This document shows positions 49,791 to 59,359 of a stretch of DNA of 64,000 bases, piece by piece. The stretch's first letter is position 1. The number at the start of each line of letters is the position of its first letter. The notes beneath the pieces are model-generated. The model searched no databases and was not told where the DNA came from. It worked only from the letters and a program-made list of their open reading frames with translations. Both the position numbers and the translations under genes were made by a program. The DNA comes from Clostridia bacterium (lineage in GTDB: Bacteria; Bacillota; Clostridia; RGIG6154), in assembly GCA_017626145.1 (NCBI GenBank), contig JAGAJK010000044.1, positions 24,424 to 88,423 of the forward strand, in the 5' to 3' direction.

Positions 49791-50618
49791 TTACCATATT
49801 TCGTAATAATATATTTTCGTGTTTTCAATATCGGTACACATAATGTGCAGATATTTACCCTTTTCAAAAACCTTTAAATCTGCCTCTTCAGGAAATGACT
49901 TAATTGTTTTTACAAATCCGTTTTCGGGGCTTAGTATCCTGAGTTCGCATTTTTTATCCTCATGAACCATATAAATAACACTTCCGTCATAAATATACTC
50001 ATCGTAAGAATTGTTGATTGTTGCTGTTACTTCGAGAGTGGTAATATCTTTAATTTCAAGATATTTATTGTTGTGTTCATCAAGCTTATTGAAAATACAG
50101 TAATTGTCAAATACAGCGTAATTAAATCCGCCTAAATATTGCTGTGTATCCGAAATAAGCATAACCTCCTCACCGTCAGACTCACAACGGTAAAGTTTAA
50201 CATACCAATCATTTTCATTTCCTTTATTTACAGAAACTTCAGCCACAATATAATTTTCAAATGAACCTATTAAACGAATATTACACTCTTCTTCAGTTAC
50301 TCCGGCATCCTTTAAAAGAGGTGTATACCACTTATATTCCGTAACGTCCGCTTCCTTTTTGTCCGAAATATTTATAGTATAATCATCTTCTTCCCACTCC
50401 ACATTTTTATCCATTGCTTCTGCTACAAAACGAATTGGAACATAGGTTCTGTCATTATAAATAAACCCTTCTTCACCATCTAAAGGCGTTTTCTCCACTC
50501 CGTTAAATATGTATTTAAGTGGCAATTTTTCAATTGCAATTTCCATATTCTGTGCCAAAACACCTACACAGAAGATTAAAATACCGCCTATCAATAAACC
50601 TGACACAAATTTTTTCAT
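49791..50618 (-). CDS. Secreted protein with a copper-amine-oxidase N-terminal (stalk) domain
   Basis: Signal peptide and FIYNDRTYVPIRFVAEAM..VEW. Confidence 0.8.
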   Translation of the reverse strand: MKKFVSGLLIGGILIFCVGVLAQNMEIAIEKLPLKYIFNGVEKTPLDGEEGFIYNDRTYVPIRFVAEAMDKNVEWEEDDYTINISDKKEADVTEYKWYTPLLKDAGVTEEECNIRLIGSFENYIVAEVSVNKGNENDWYVKLYRCESDGEEVMLISDTQQYLGGFNYAVFDNYCIFNKLDEHNNKYLEIKDITTLEVTATINNSYDEYIYDGSVIYMVHEDKKCELRILSPENGFVKTIKSFPEEADLKVFEKGKYLHIMCTDIENTKIYYYEIW

Positions 50619-50795
50619 AACAAAATCCTCCTTTATACGAATCTGCTCAAGCCGCAGGAACTGTTTCATACCTATTTACAGTATAATTTAATATTTTAAT
50701 TGTGTCAAGGAAAAATAAACACAGACATTTTAAGGTTTATATTGACTTTTTGAGAAACTGTGATATAATATGAATTTGTGTGGAGGTGTGTGGAT

Positions 50796-51566
50796 TTGTT
50801 TGCAAATGAGAGGCAAAATAAAATTTGCGAAATTTTAGATAAAAAAGGAGCTGTTACAACCTCGGCTTTAATGGAAAGATTCAACGTTTCCATAGAGACG
50901 GTAAGACGTGATTTATTACAGCTTGAACAGCAAAAGCTTCTTAAACGTGTTCACGGCGGAGCCGTTGCAAACACACGTATGAAGCCATTTTTTACTTTAG
51001 AGGAAAGAAATAGCGAATTAAACGACGAAAAAAAAGAGCTATCTTTAGCTGCTATTAACTTTATCGAGGAAAATGACTGCATTTTTGTTGACACAGGTTC
51101 TACGGCAATATACTTTTCAGAAGCTTTGAAAGAAATGTTTTCTTCGCTTACGGTGGTAACACATTCTGCAGATGTATTTGACATTTTGAAAAATCACAAG
51201 AATTTTTCAGTAATACTTACAGGCGGTCATTACAATAAGGAAGAAAAAAGCTTTTACGGAACTCTTGCTCTTGATATGCTAAGTAACATTTGCGTAAATA
51301 AAGCGTTTATCTGTCCATCGGCAGTTTCACTTAGTTACGGCATCTGCGATTATGAGCACGAATTATGTACAATTCAGAAATTTGTTATACAGAATACGGA
51401 TTTAGTTTATATTCTTGCAGACAGCAGTAAATTTGAAAAAAAAGCATTAATCAAAACATCGGATATGAAAAAGGAATATATTTATATTACCGACAGCAAC
51501 TTATCGGAAGAAATTAAACGTTTATACAAAGAAAATGATATAAATGTTATAAGTAAGGAGAAATAA
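50796..51566 (+). CDS. DeoR/GlpR family regulator
   Basis: VSIETVRRDL, RVHGGA, DTGST and DSSKF motifs. Confidence 0.93.
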   Translation: MFANERQNKICEILDKKGAVTTSALMERFNVSIETVRRDLLQLEQQKLLKRVHGGAVANTRMKPFFTLEERNSELNDEKKELSLAAINFIEENDCIFVDTGSTAIYFSEALKEMFSSLTVVTHSADVFDILKNHKNFSVILTGGHYNKEEKSFYGTLALDMLSNICVNKAFICPSAVSLSYGICDYEHELCTIQKFVIQNTDLVYILADSSKFEKKALIKTSDMKKEYIYITDSNLSEEIKRLYKENDINVISKEK

Positions 51567-51567
51567 A

Positions 51568-52773
51568 ATGGAACATCTTAAAGAAAAAAGCAAAATAACA
51601 AAAATGATTATTCTGTTTATGATTACCTATATGGTAAGCTATATGACAAGAATAAACTACGGCGCTATTGTAGCTGAAATGGAGGAAGCTACAAAGCTTT
51701 CAAAGGATTTACTTTCAATGGCTCTTACGGGAAGCTTTATAACCTACGGTGCAGGACAGATTATAAGCGGTATTGCAGGCGACAAGTTCTCTCCTAAAAA
51801 TCTGGTTTCATACGGTCTTGGACTTTCAGTTTGTATGAACATCCTTATTCCCTTCTGTTCGTCACCGTATTTGATGCTTGCAGTCTGGTGCGTAAACGGT
51901 TTTGCACAGGCATTTATGTGGCCTCCTATTGTAAAGCTTATGACTGCTTTATTTTCTCAGGAGGATTATAAGGAAGCTTCTGTTAAAATTTCCTGGGGCA
52001 GCTCCTTCGGAAGAATTGTTATTTTCCTTATCGCACCTGTTATAATCTGGTTTGCAAGCTGGGAATATGTATTCTTCTTTTCTGCACTATTCGGTATTGT
52101 TATGATTTTCTTATGGAACATATTCTGTATAGATGTCCCTAAAGAAGCAGTAGTTAAAAAAGAAACAAAAAAAGCATCAATCAAAGGCTTTTTCTCGCCT
52201 CTTATTATTGGAATTATGACCGCTATTATTCTTCAGGGTATGCTTCGTGACGGTGTTGGAACCTGGATGCCTTCATATATCAAGGATACATACAAATTAG
52301 GTGCAGAGGCATCTATTCTGACGGGCGTTGTTTTGCCGCTTTTCAGTATTGCCTGCTTTAATATTGCATCTTCTCTTTACAGAAAGAAATTCACCAATCC
52401 TCTTACATGTGCAGGCGTTATCTTTGCATTTGGTGCTGTTTCTGCTTTGATGCTTTATATCACAACAGGAAGAAATACTGTTTTATCAGTTATTTTTACA
52501 GCACTTCTTGAAGGCAGTATGCACGGTGTTAATTTGATTCTTATTTGTATGATACCACCCTTTTTCCAGAAAACAGGAAATGTTTCTACCGTTTCCGGAC
52601 TGCTTAACTGCTGTACATATATAGGAAGTGCCATCTCTACATACGGTATTGCACTTCTTACCGAATTATATGACTGGAAGCTTACACTTCTTGTGTGGCT
52701 TATAATTGCAATTTTAGGCACCATAATGTGTTTAATCTGCGTAAAGCCGTGGAAAAAAGCTCACGAAAATTAA
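51568..52773 (+). CDS. MFS transporter (sugar-phosphate/OPA-like)
   Basis: 12 TM helices, SYMTRINY and GIAGDKFSPK motifs. Confidence 0.85.
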   Translation: MEHLKEKSKITKMIILFMITYMVSYMTRINYGAIVAEMEEATKLSKDLLSMALTGSFITYGAGQIISGIAGDKFSPKNLVSYGLGLSVCMNILIPFCSSPYLMLAVWCVNGFAQAFMWPPIVKLMTALFSQEDYKEASVKISWGSSFGRIVIFLIAPVIIWFASWEYVFFFSALFGIVMIFLWNIFCIDVPKEAVVKKETKKASIKGFFSPLIIGIMTAIILQGMLRDGVGTWMPSYIKDTYKLGAEASILTGVVLPLFSIACFNIASSLYRKKFTNPLTCAGVIFAFGAVSALMLYITTGRNTVLSVIFTALLEGSMHGVNLILICMIPPFFQKTGNVSTVSGLLNCCTYIGSAISTYGIALLTELYDWKLTLLVWLIIAILGTIMCLICVKPWKKAHEN

Positions 52774-52812
52774 AAATTTAAAAGCTTTTATACACCGATT
52801 ATTCGGTGTATT

Positions 52813-53061
52813 CAGTGTGTCGATAAACCTGTCGACACACTGACAGACAAGGAAAAAGAAAGTTATATTTTTGCGAACGGGTTGCAGACAGTACGATGGT
52901 ACGGCAATAACCCGTTCGCAAAGAAGCAAGCAAAATGCCTATAAACTCGATGTTTATAGGCATTTTTTAGTAGTATTACTAAATTTGAATGATAAAAACT
53001 ACAAATTAGTATAATTTAAAAACAACTCTGCTTGCGGTAGAACAACTTTTTCGACAGTCTG
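52813..53061. mobile_element. Non-autonomous MITE with IS1182-like ends and a 24-bp flanking direct repeat
   Basis: Ends CAGTGTGTCGATAAA and CAGACTGTCGAAAAA (12 of 15 match); identical TATACACCGATTATTCGGTGTATT at 52789-52812 and 53062-53085; no transposase. Confidence 0.78.
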
Positions 53062-53132
53062 TATACACCGATTATTCGGTGTATTTTTTTTATATTTATG
53101 GATAAAAATAATACAAAAGGAGCGATATAATA

Positions 53133-53570
53133 TTGAATAATCACGAATATAAAAAATACGCACAGCAAAAGGTTTCTCCATCACCTATGGGAAAGAATCT
53201 GTTTTTTGCATTTCTTATAGGCGGACTTATATGCACCTTAGGTCAGGCACTTCTTGATTTGTTTTCCTTTTGGGGCTTTGAGAAGAAAATATGTTTTACT
53301 CTCACAAGCATCACTCTTGTTTTTCTAAGTGCACTTGCTACGGGTATCGGAAAATATGACGACCTTGCAAAATATGCAGGAGCAGGAACCTTAGTACCTA
53401 TTACGGGGTTTGCAAATGCTGTTGTATCCCCTGCCATTGAATTTAAAGACGAGGGCTTTGTTATGGGAGTAGGTGCAAATATGTTCAAAATTGCAGGACC
53501 TGTCATTGCTTACGGTGTAAGTGCAAGCATCGTCGGTGGAATTATTACTTACGTTATTTCAATACTGTGA
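53133..53570 (+). CDS. spoVAC: Stage V sporulation protein AC
   Basis: AFLIGGLICTLGQ, GAGTLVPITGFAN and MFKIAGPVI motifs. Confidence 0.95.
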   Translation: MNNHEYKKYAQQKVSPSPMGKNLFFAFLIGGLICTLGQALLDLFSFWGFEKKICFTLTSITLVFLSALATGIGKYDDLAKYAGAGTLVPITGFANAVVSPAIEFKDEGFVMGVGANMFKIAGPVIAYGVSASIVGGIITYVISIL

Positions 53571-53579
53571 GGTGTATGT

Positions 53580-54587
53580 ATGAGCAAAAAGAAAGGAAGT
53601 ACCGTATTTCTCGAAAACAAACCGAGAATACTTGAAACGGCATCAATAGCAGGTCAAAAGGAATCAGAAGGTCCTTTAGGCTGCTATTTTGACTGTGTTA
53701 TAACAGATGGGAGATTCAATGAAAAATCATGGGAAAAAGCAGAAAGCAAAATGCAGCGTCAGGCGGTGGGAATACTTCTTGAAAAAACAAAAAAAGCAAA
53801 TAGTGATATTGATTTTATATTTGGCGGAGATTTACTTAATCAATGCGTAGGAACAAGCTTCGGGCTTCTTGATTACAGTATCCCGTTTTTCGGTCTGTAC
53901 GGTGCTTGTTCAACCTTTTGTGAGGGCTTGTGTTTATCTGCAATGGCAGTTGACGGCGGTTTTGCCCATAATGTTATAGCCGTAACCTCAAGTCATTTCT
54001 GCAGCAGCGAAAGACAGTTTCGTTTCCCACTTGAATACGGCGGTCAGCGCACTCCATCTGCTCAATGGACGGTAACAGCATCGGGTGCGGCTATGGTTTG
54101 TGCCGATGAAGGTAATTTTGCAATTACCGCAATAACTCCGGGCAAAATTGTAGATAAGGGCATTAAGGACGCAAATAATATGGGTGCAGCTATGGCTCCT
54201 GCTGCGGTAGATACTCTGATAAAGCATTTTACCGACAGACAGATAGATGAAAATTATTACGATCTGGTAATAACAGGAGATCTGGGAGTTGTGGGCAGTA
54301 GTATTGTTTCGGAGCAGCTGGAAAATGCCGGTTTGGTTTTAGGTAACCGTTATACCGACTGTGGGAAGGAAATTTTTGATATAGAAAAACAAGACGTACA
54401 CGCAGGTGGCTCAGGCTGTGGTTGCTGTGCAAGTGTTTTTTCAGGATATATTTTCAAGAAAATGCAGGAAGGTAACCTAAACAAGGTTTTAGTATGCGCA
54501 ACAGGTGCATTGATGAGTACAACAAGCACCTTTCAGGGTGACAGCATTCCCGGTGTTGCTCATGCAGTTGCAGTAGAAAGGATTTAA
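53580..54587 (+). CDS. spoVAD: Stage V sporulation protein AD
   Basis: GDLLNQC, YGACST, ERQFRFPLEYG and GGSGCGC motifs. Confidence 0.97.
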   Translation: MSKKKGSTVFLENKPRILETASIAGQKESEGPLGCYFDCVITDGRFNEKSWEKAESKMQRQAVGILLEKTKKANSDIDFIFGGDLLNQCVGTSFGLLDYSIPFFGLYGACSTFCEGLCLSAMAVDGGFAHNVIAVTSSHFCSSERQFRFPLEYGGQRTPSAQWTVTASGAAMVCADEGNFAITAITPGKIVDKGIKDANNMGAAMAPAAVDTLIKHFTDRQIDENYYDLVITGDLGVVGSSIVSEQLENAGLVLGNRYTDCGKEIFDIEKQDVHAGGSGCGCCASVFSGYIFKKMQEGNLNKVLVCATGALMSTTSTFQGDSIPGVAHAVAVERI

Positions 54588-54591
54588 CATT

Positions 54592-54945
54592 ATGATGTAT
54601 TTAAAAGCATTTATTGTCGGCGGCACTTTATGTGCAATAGGTCAGATATTAATAGATAAAACAAAGCTCACACCTGCCAGAATACTCGTTTCTTACGTTG
54701 TTGCAGGCGTGATTTTAGGCTTTTTCGGAGTATATGACAAGCTTATTGATTTTGCCGGAGCAGGAGCATCGGTGCCGTTAACGGGTTTTGGGAATACTCT
54801 GGCAAACGGAGTTAAGGAAGCTATTGCCAAAGATGGATTAACCGGTATTTTCACAGGTGGTCTTACTGCCTCTGCCGGAGGTATCGGTGCCGCAATTTTC
54901 TTCGGTCTTATTGCTTCTGTTTTCGGAAGATCCTCAGAAAAATAA
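54592..54945 (+). CDS. spoVAE: Stage V sporulation protein AE(b)
   Basis: AFIVGG..CAIGQILID.TKLTPARILV and GAGASVPLTGFG motifs. Confidence 0.95.
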   Translation: MMYLKAFIVGGTLCAIGQILIDKTKLTPARILVSYVVAGVILGFFGVYDKLIDFAGAGASVPLTGFGNTLANGVKEAIAKDGLTGIFTGGLTASAGGIGAAIFFGLIASVFGRSSEK

Positions 54946-54961
54946 AACAGGAGTTGATTTA

Positions 54962-55240
54962 GTGTCAAATGCCGTATTTGTAGGTAATCACGAAAATATT
55001 TACGCCTATAGTCTCGTCGGTTTTAAAACGGTTGAAGTGAAAAATAAAAATGAAGCTGAAAATGCAATACATCAGCTTCTTGGTGAAGATATTTCGTTTA
55101 TTTTTGTTGATGGCAAGCTTTTTGACAGCTCTGCAATTACTTTAAACAGTAAAAACATCCACGTGATTCCCATACCATTTGCACACAAAAACGCAAGTAA
55201 CAGTATTGAATCAGATAAATCTGATTCAAACTGTTATTAA
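54962..55240 (+). CDS. V-type ATPase subunit F-like orphan protein
   Basis: GTG start after AGGAG; AVFVG...YSLVGF...EAENAIHQL...FIFV...VIPIP matches the subunit F pattern. Confidence 0.55.
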   Translation: MSNAVFVGNHENIYAYSLVGFKTVEVKNKNEAENAIHQLLGEDISFIFVDGKLFDSSAITLNSKNIHVIPIPFAHKNASNSIESDKSDSNCY

Positions 55241-55285
55241 TATAAAAAAGGTGCTGTCTCCGCAAAGGAAACAGCACCTTGTAAA

Positions 55286-57073
55286 TTACTTGGAAATTTT
55301 CTTTATTACAAACATAGTTGCAATAGTGATAATTGCCATTAACGGAAGAACTATCATCCAGTTTGTAACAAAGCCTGCGATTATGTAACCGACAAAGCTG
55401 ATTGCCGCAACGGTAAAGGCATAAGGCAGCTGTGTGTTAACGTGGTTTACGTGGTTACACTGTGCTCCTGCCGATGCCATAATGGTAGTATCCGAAATAG
55501 GTGAACAATGGTCACCGCATACAGCACCTGCCATACAAGCTGACATACCGATAATTGACATTGTTTGATCATTTGCAAATACTGCAAGAACAATAGGAAT
55601 AAGAATACCGAATGTTCCCCATGATGTACCTGTTGCAAATGAAAGACCAATAGCAACAAGGAATATAATTGCAGGAAGGAAGTTTACAAATGCACTTGCT
55701 GAAGAGTTAACAAAGTCTGCAATAAATACCTTTGCACCAATGCTGTCTGTCATACCCTTAAGTGTCCATGCACAGGTAAGAATAAGGATAGCAGGAACCA
55801 TTGCCTTAAAGCCTTCTGGAATACATCCCATAAGCTCTGTAAACTTAACAACGCCGTGTCTGAACACAATAAAATAAACAGTTACAAGAACAATTGCCGC
55901 AAATGAACCAAGTGCAAGACCAACTGACGCATCACAGTTAGAGAATGCATTTACAAAGCTTTCACCTGAGAAGAATCCGCCTGAGTAAATCATACCGATA
56001 ATACAGCAGACAATAAGAATAACTACAGGTAAAACAAGGTCGATAACCTTACCCTTATGATTAGCCTGTTCGTCCTGAACGGATTTTGCTGTTTCGTCAA
56101 GAGTTGTGAATAAATCACCCTTTTCTTCAGCATTCTTTTCATGGATTTTCATAGGACCGAAATCAAATTTAAGAATTGCTACAGTTACCATCATAACAAT
56201 TGTAAGAATTGCATAGAAGTTAAATGGGATTGCTTTGATAAATAAGCTCAGACCCTGACCTTCAGGAGCAAAGCCTGCAACTGCTGCTGCCCATGAAGAA
56301 ATAGGAGCTATGATACAAACAGGTGCTGCTGTTGCATCGATTAAGTATGCCAGCTTAGCTCGTGAAATCTTCTTTGCATCAGCAACAGGTCTCATAACAG
56401 AGCCAACTGTAAGACAGTTAAAGTAGTCATCAACGAAGATAAGGACACCAAGAAGTATTGTAGCAAGCTGTGCGCCTACTCTTGACTTAATATGTGTGCT
56501 TGCCCATCTTCCGAAGGCCGCAGAACCGCCTGCCTTGTTCATCATGGCAACCAATGTACCTAAAAGAACAAGGAATATAAGAATGCCTACATTGTATGAA
56601 TCTGCAAGACTTGCAACGAATCCATCTGTTACAACGTGAGTAATTGTTGTTTCAAAATTGAAGTTTGCATAAAGCAAACCGCCTGCAACAATACCTACAA
56701 AAAGTGAAGAATAAACTTCTTTTGTGATAAGTGCAAGAACAATAGCAATAAGTGCAGGAACTATAGACCAGATTGTTGCGTAGAAAGGAGTTACCTCTTT
56801 TCTTACTTCCTTAACAGCCTCTTTTATGTTAGTGTCTACATCCGGGTCATCCTGGATAGCGTCTGCGTATGAATCAATATATTCATATGCATAATCAAGA
56901 TTTGCAGCATCTTCCTTTTCGCCTACGTACTGTGCGTAACCGGGAAGTGCTTCTGCCATTTTCGCATCTGTTTCCGCAGGTGCCGCAAATACCAATGTGC
57001 TCATTGAACACATAAGACAAACAAGCACCAGAATCAACGTAAATACAGAAGCGATTCTTTTGTTTCTTTTCAT
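55286..57073 (-). CDS. NhaC-family transporter, probable lysine transporter (LysW-like)
   Basis: FVDDYFN, IDATAAP, TGTSWGTF and GDHCSPISDTTI motifs; preceded by a lysine riboswitch. Confidence 0.88.
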   Translation of the reverse strand: MKRNKRIASVFTLILVLVCLMCSMSTLVFAAPAETDAKMAEALPGYAQYVGEKEDAANLDYAYEYIDSYADAIQDDPDVDTNIKEAVKEVRKEVTPFYATIWSIVPALIAIVLALITKEVYSSLFVGIVAGGLLYANFNFETTITHVVTDGFVASLADSYNVGILIFLVLLGTLVAMMNKAGGSAAFGRWASTHIKSRVGAQLATILLGVLIFVDDYFNCLTVGSVMRPVADAKKISRAKLAYLIDATAAPVCIIAPISSWAAAVAGFAPEGQGLSLFIKAIPFNFYAILTIVMMVTVAILKFDFGPMKIHEKNAEEKGDLFTTLDETAKSVQDEQANHKGKVIDLVLPVVILIVCCIIGMIYSGGFFSGESFVNAFSNCDASVGLALGSFAAIVLVTVYFIVFRHGVVKFTELMGCIPEGFKAMVPAILILTCAWTLKGMTDSIGAKVFIADFVNSSASAFVNFLPAIIFLVAIGLSFATGTSWGTFGILIPIVLAVFANDQTMSIIGMSACMAGAVCGDHCSPISDTTIMASAGAQCNHVNHVNTQLPYAFTVAAISFVGYIIAGFVTNWMIVLPLMAIITIATMFVIKKISK

Positions 57074-57147
57074 TTTTACAACCCTTTCTTTCTTAGAAAA
57101 TAAATAGACCGCAAACGCAGAGTGCATTTACGGCCGTTGTTTACCTT

Positions 57148-57313
57148 AACGTATGATAGCTCTCCACATTTGTGACAGTATGCAAAGTATTTCCCTGCAT
57201 CCCAACATATAAGGTCCGGAAAAACCTTATACGTTTCGGCAAACTTCCCTTTCAGACAGACATATTTCCGTTTTTTCTGCCATACTTATGAAATCTGCAC
57301 CTCTACCTAAGTT
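57148..57313 (-). promoter_or_regulatory. Lysine riboswitch (L-box)
   Basis: AGAGGTGC...AGTA...GAAAGG...GCCGAA...TGGG...ACTGTCAC...GTGGAGAGCTA; TTGACG-N17-TATACT promoter upstream; terminator-like hairpin near 57102-57138. Confidence 0.92.
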
Positions 57314-57354
57314 AAAGTATATCTTGTTTTTGTTGTTTCGTCAAGTATTTTGTT

Positions 57355-58074
57355 TTAATTTGTAAAAATTTGCGTCCAATAATAACCGCCACCGTTGTCG
57401 GATGCCGTACCTAATCCCATTTTACCGAAATTTGAATTAAGGATATTTGCACGGTGTCCCGATGAATTCATCCAGCCTGAAACTACCTGCTGAGGTGTTT
57501 TCTGTCCCATAGCTATGTTTTCTCCTGCTGTTTTGTACGAAATTCCCGCATTTTTAAGACGGTCAAAGGGTGAAAGCCCGTTTAAATTTGTATGGCTGAA
57601 ATAGTTGTTACGTGCCATATCAACAGAATGGCTTTCTGCTACCTTCGAAAGAGATGAGTCAAGTGTAAGCAAAGAAAGACCTGCTGCCGCTCTTTCTTTA
57701 TTTACCAGCTCCAGTACCTCTAATGCCATATTATAAGAATTTCCAAAGCCGGGGGCTTCGGTTTCCGGAACATTGTTTTCATTCTCCGGTAAATCGGTAT
57801 CGGGCTGAGGAATATTGGTATCAGGCAATGAAACATCAGTATCGGTATCTGTTTCAGGCAACTCTTCCTCCACACATGGCGGCAGCGACAGATTGTACTG
57901 TTTTAAAAATTCACATAATTTTCTGTACCGTAAATCAGGACTGAAGCTTTTGGCATAAACGCACTTTGCGGTCACTGCATCTGAAAGGCTGTCGGTTTTT
58001 TTAATTTCCGCAGCTGACGCAACAGTTGTTAAAATAAGTGACGAAACAAGTAATGATGTTACTGCTTTTTTCAT
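57355..58074 (-). CDS. Secreted CAP/SCP-domain protein (YkwD-like)
   Basis: Signal peptide, P/D/T-rich linker, LVNKER, YFSH, GENIA, WMNSSGHRANIL and YWTQIF motifs. Confidence 0.9.
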   Translation of the reverse strand: MKKAVTSLLVSSLILTTVASAAEIKKTDSLSDAVTAKCVYAKSFSPDLRYRKLCEFLKQYNLSLPPCVEEELPETDTDTDVSLPDTNIPQPDTDLPENENNVPETEAPGFGNSYNMALEVLELVNKERAAAGLSLLTLDSSLSKVAESHSVDMARNNYFSHTNLNGLSPFDRLKNAGISYKTAGENIAMGQKTPQQVVSGWMNSSGHRANILNSNFGKMGLGTASDNGGGYYWTQIFTN

Positions 58075-58235
58075 TTTTCTCAATCCTTTCCGTGGTAAAA
58101 ATACCACCCGTTTATAATATCACAGGTTTTTTCCATAATCAATGTAAATTCTTTGCAAAGATGTCATTGAATGTCATATGGATATACTGATATAATGTAT
58201 CTGCCGCAACAAATATATAAAGAAAGGAGAAAAAA

Positions 58236-58880
58236 GTGCAAATTAAATACAACATTACGCCGCGCACCAATAAAATTAAGTTTATTGTAATTCACGACAC
58301 AGCAAATAAAAGTGACGGTGCAAATGCACGTGCTCACTACAATTATTTCAACAGCGGAAACCGCAATTCCTCAGCAGACTGCTTTATAGACAGCAAGGAA
58401 ATACTTTGGGTAAATGACTTTACAAAATATTACACCTGGCATTGCGGTGACGGTAAGGGTAAAAACGGAATAATCAATAACAATTCCATAGGTATCGAGC
58501 TTTGCATAAACGCTGACGGCGATTATGAAAAAGCCCTGAATAATTTAATTGATGAAACAGCCCGTATTGCAAAAATGCTATCCATCAGCCACGACCACAT
58601 TCTGCGTCACTTTGACGTGTCAGGGAAAAACTGTCCCTCCTCTATGCAGAAAAACAATTGGGAAGTATGGAAATTCTTCAAAAATGAGGTGAAACATAAA
58701 ATGAAAGTTAACACTTTTAAAGATATTGAAAATCATTATGCCAGAAAACACATTGAAAAGCTTTTAAACTACGGAATTGTAAATGGTGACGGAAACGGCA
58801 ATTTCAACCCCGACTTACCTTTAACACGTGCCGATGCGGCAATAATGATTGCAAACGCACTTACAGTTGCAGGAAAATGA
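58236..58880 (+). CDS. N-acetylmuramoyl-L-alanine amidase (Amidase_2) with a C-terminal SLH domain
   Basis: IVIHDT, WHCG, NSIGIE and RHFDVSGKNCP motifs; SLH-type FKDI..HYA...GIVNG...FNPD..LTRA. Confidence 0.9.
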   Translation: MQIKYNITPRTNKIKFIVIHDTANKSDGANARAHYNYFNSGNRNSSADCFIDSKEILWVNDFTKYYTWHCGDGKGKNGIINNNSIGIELCINADGDYEKALNNLIDETARIAKMLSISHDHILRHFDVSGKNCPSSMQKNNWEVWKFFKNEVKHKMKVNTFKDIENHYARKHIEKLLNYGIVNGDGNGNFNPDLPLTRADAAIMIANALTVAGK

Positions 58881-59275
58881 TTAATAATTTTTCAAATTGG
58901 ATAAAGCTGTTTTTCGGAACATTAATCACTTTAAGCTCACAAATATTCGGCGGCTTTGACCTGATGTTCAAAGCCCTTATATTCTGTATGGTAGCAGATT
59001 ACATAACAGGAATTCTTTGTGCTCTTTACCAGAAAAAGCTGAATTCCAAAACAGGCTTTAAGGGAATAATAAAGAAAACAGTTATTTTAATTATTGTTTC
59101 TCTTGCTGTTGTAGCAGGAAAAGCTGCAAATTTCAGTGGTCTGCGTGATATGGTAATAGGCTTTTACATTGCAAACGAAAGTCTTTCCATACTGGAAAAT
59201 GCCGCAAAAATGAATATTCCCGTTGTAAAGAAGCTTGAAACAGTTCTGGAGCAGTTAAAAAATAGTGATAACTAA
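58877..59275 (+). CDS. Phage holin family 4 (TcdE/UtxB-like)
   Basis: FGGFD, DYITG, LNSKTGFKGIIKK and NESLSILEN motifs. Confidence 0.92.
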   Translation: MINNFSNWIKLFFGTLITLSSQIFGGFDLMFKALIFCMVADYITGILCALYQKKLNSKTGFKGIIKKTVILIIVSLAVVAGKAANFSGLRDMVIGFYIANESLSILENAAKMNIPVVKKLETVLEQLKNSDN

Positions 59276-59359
59276 ATAAGTATTGCAAAAGCTGCATAAT
59301 TATGCTAAAATAAAATTGGGAGAATTTGAATATTATGTGCAACAGAAAGGATAAAACAT

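Noticed and set aside
58161-58177. TGTCAT repeat as a Pho box for the Na/Pi transporter
   Set aside because: The period is 10 bp rather than 11, and the transporter has its own promoter-like region about 1.1 kb downstream.
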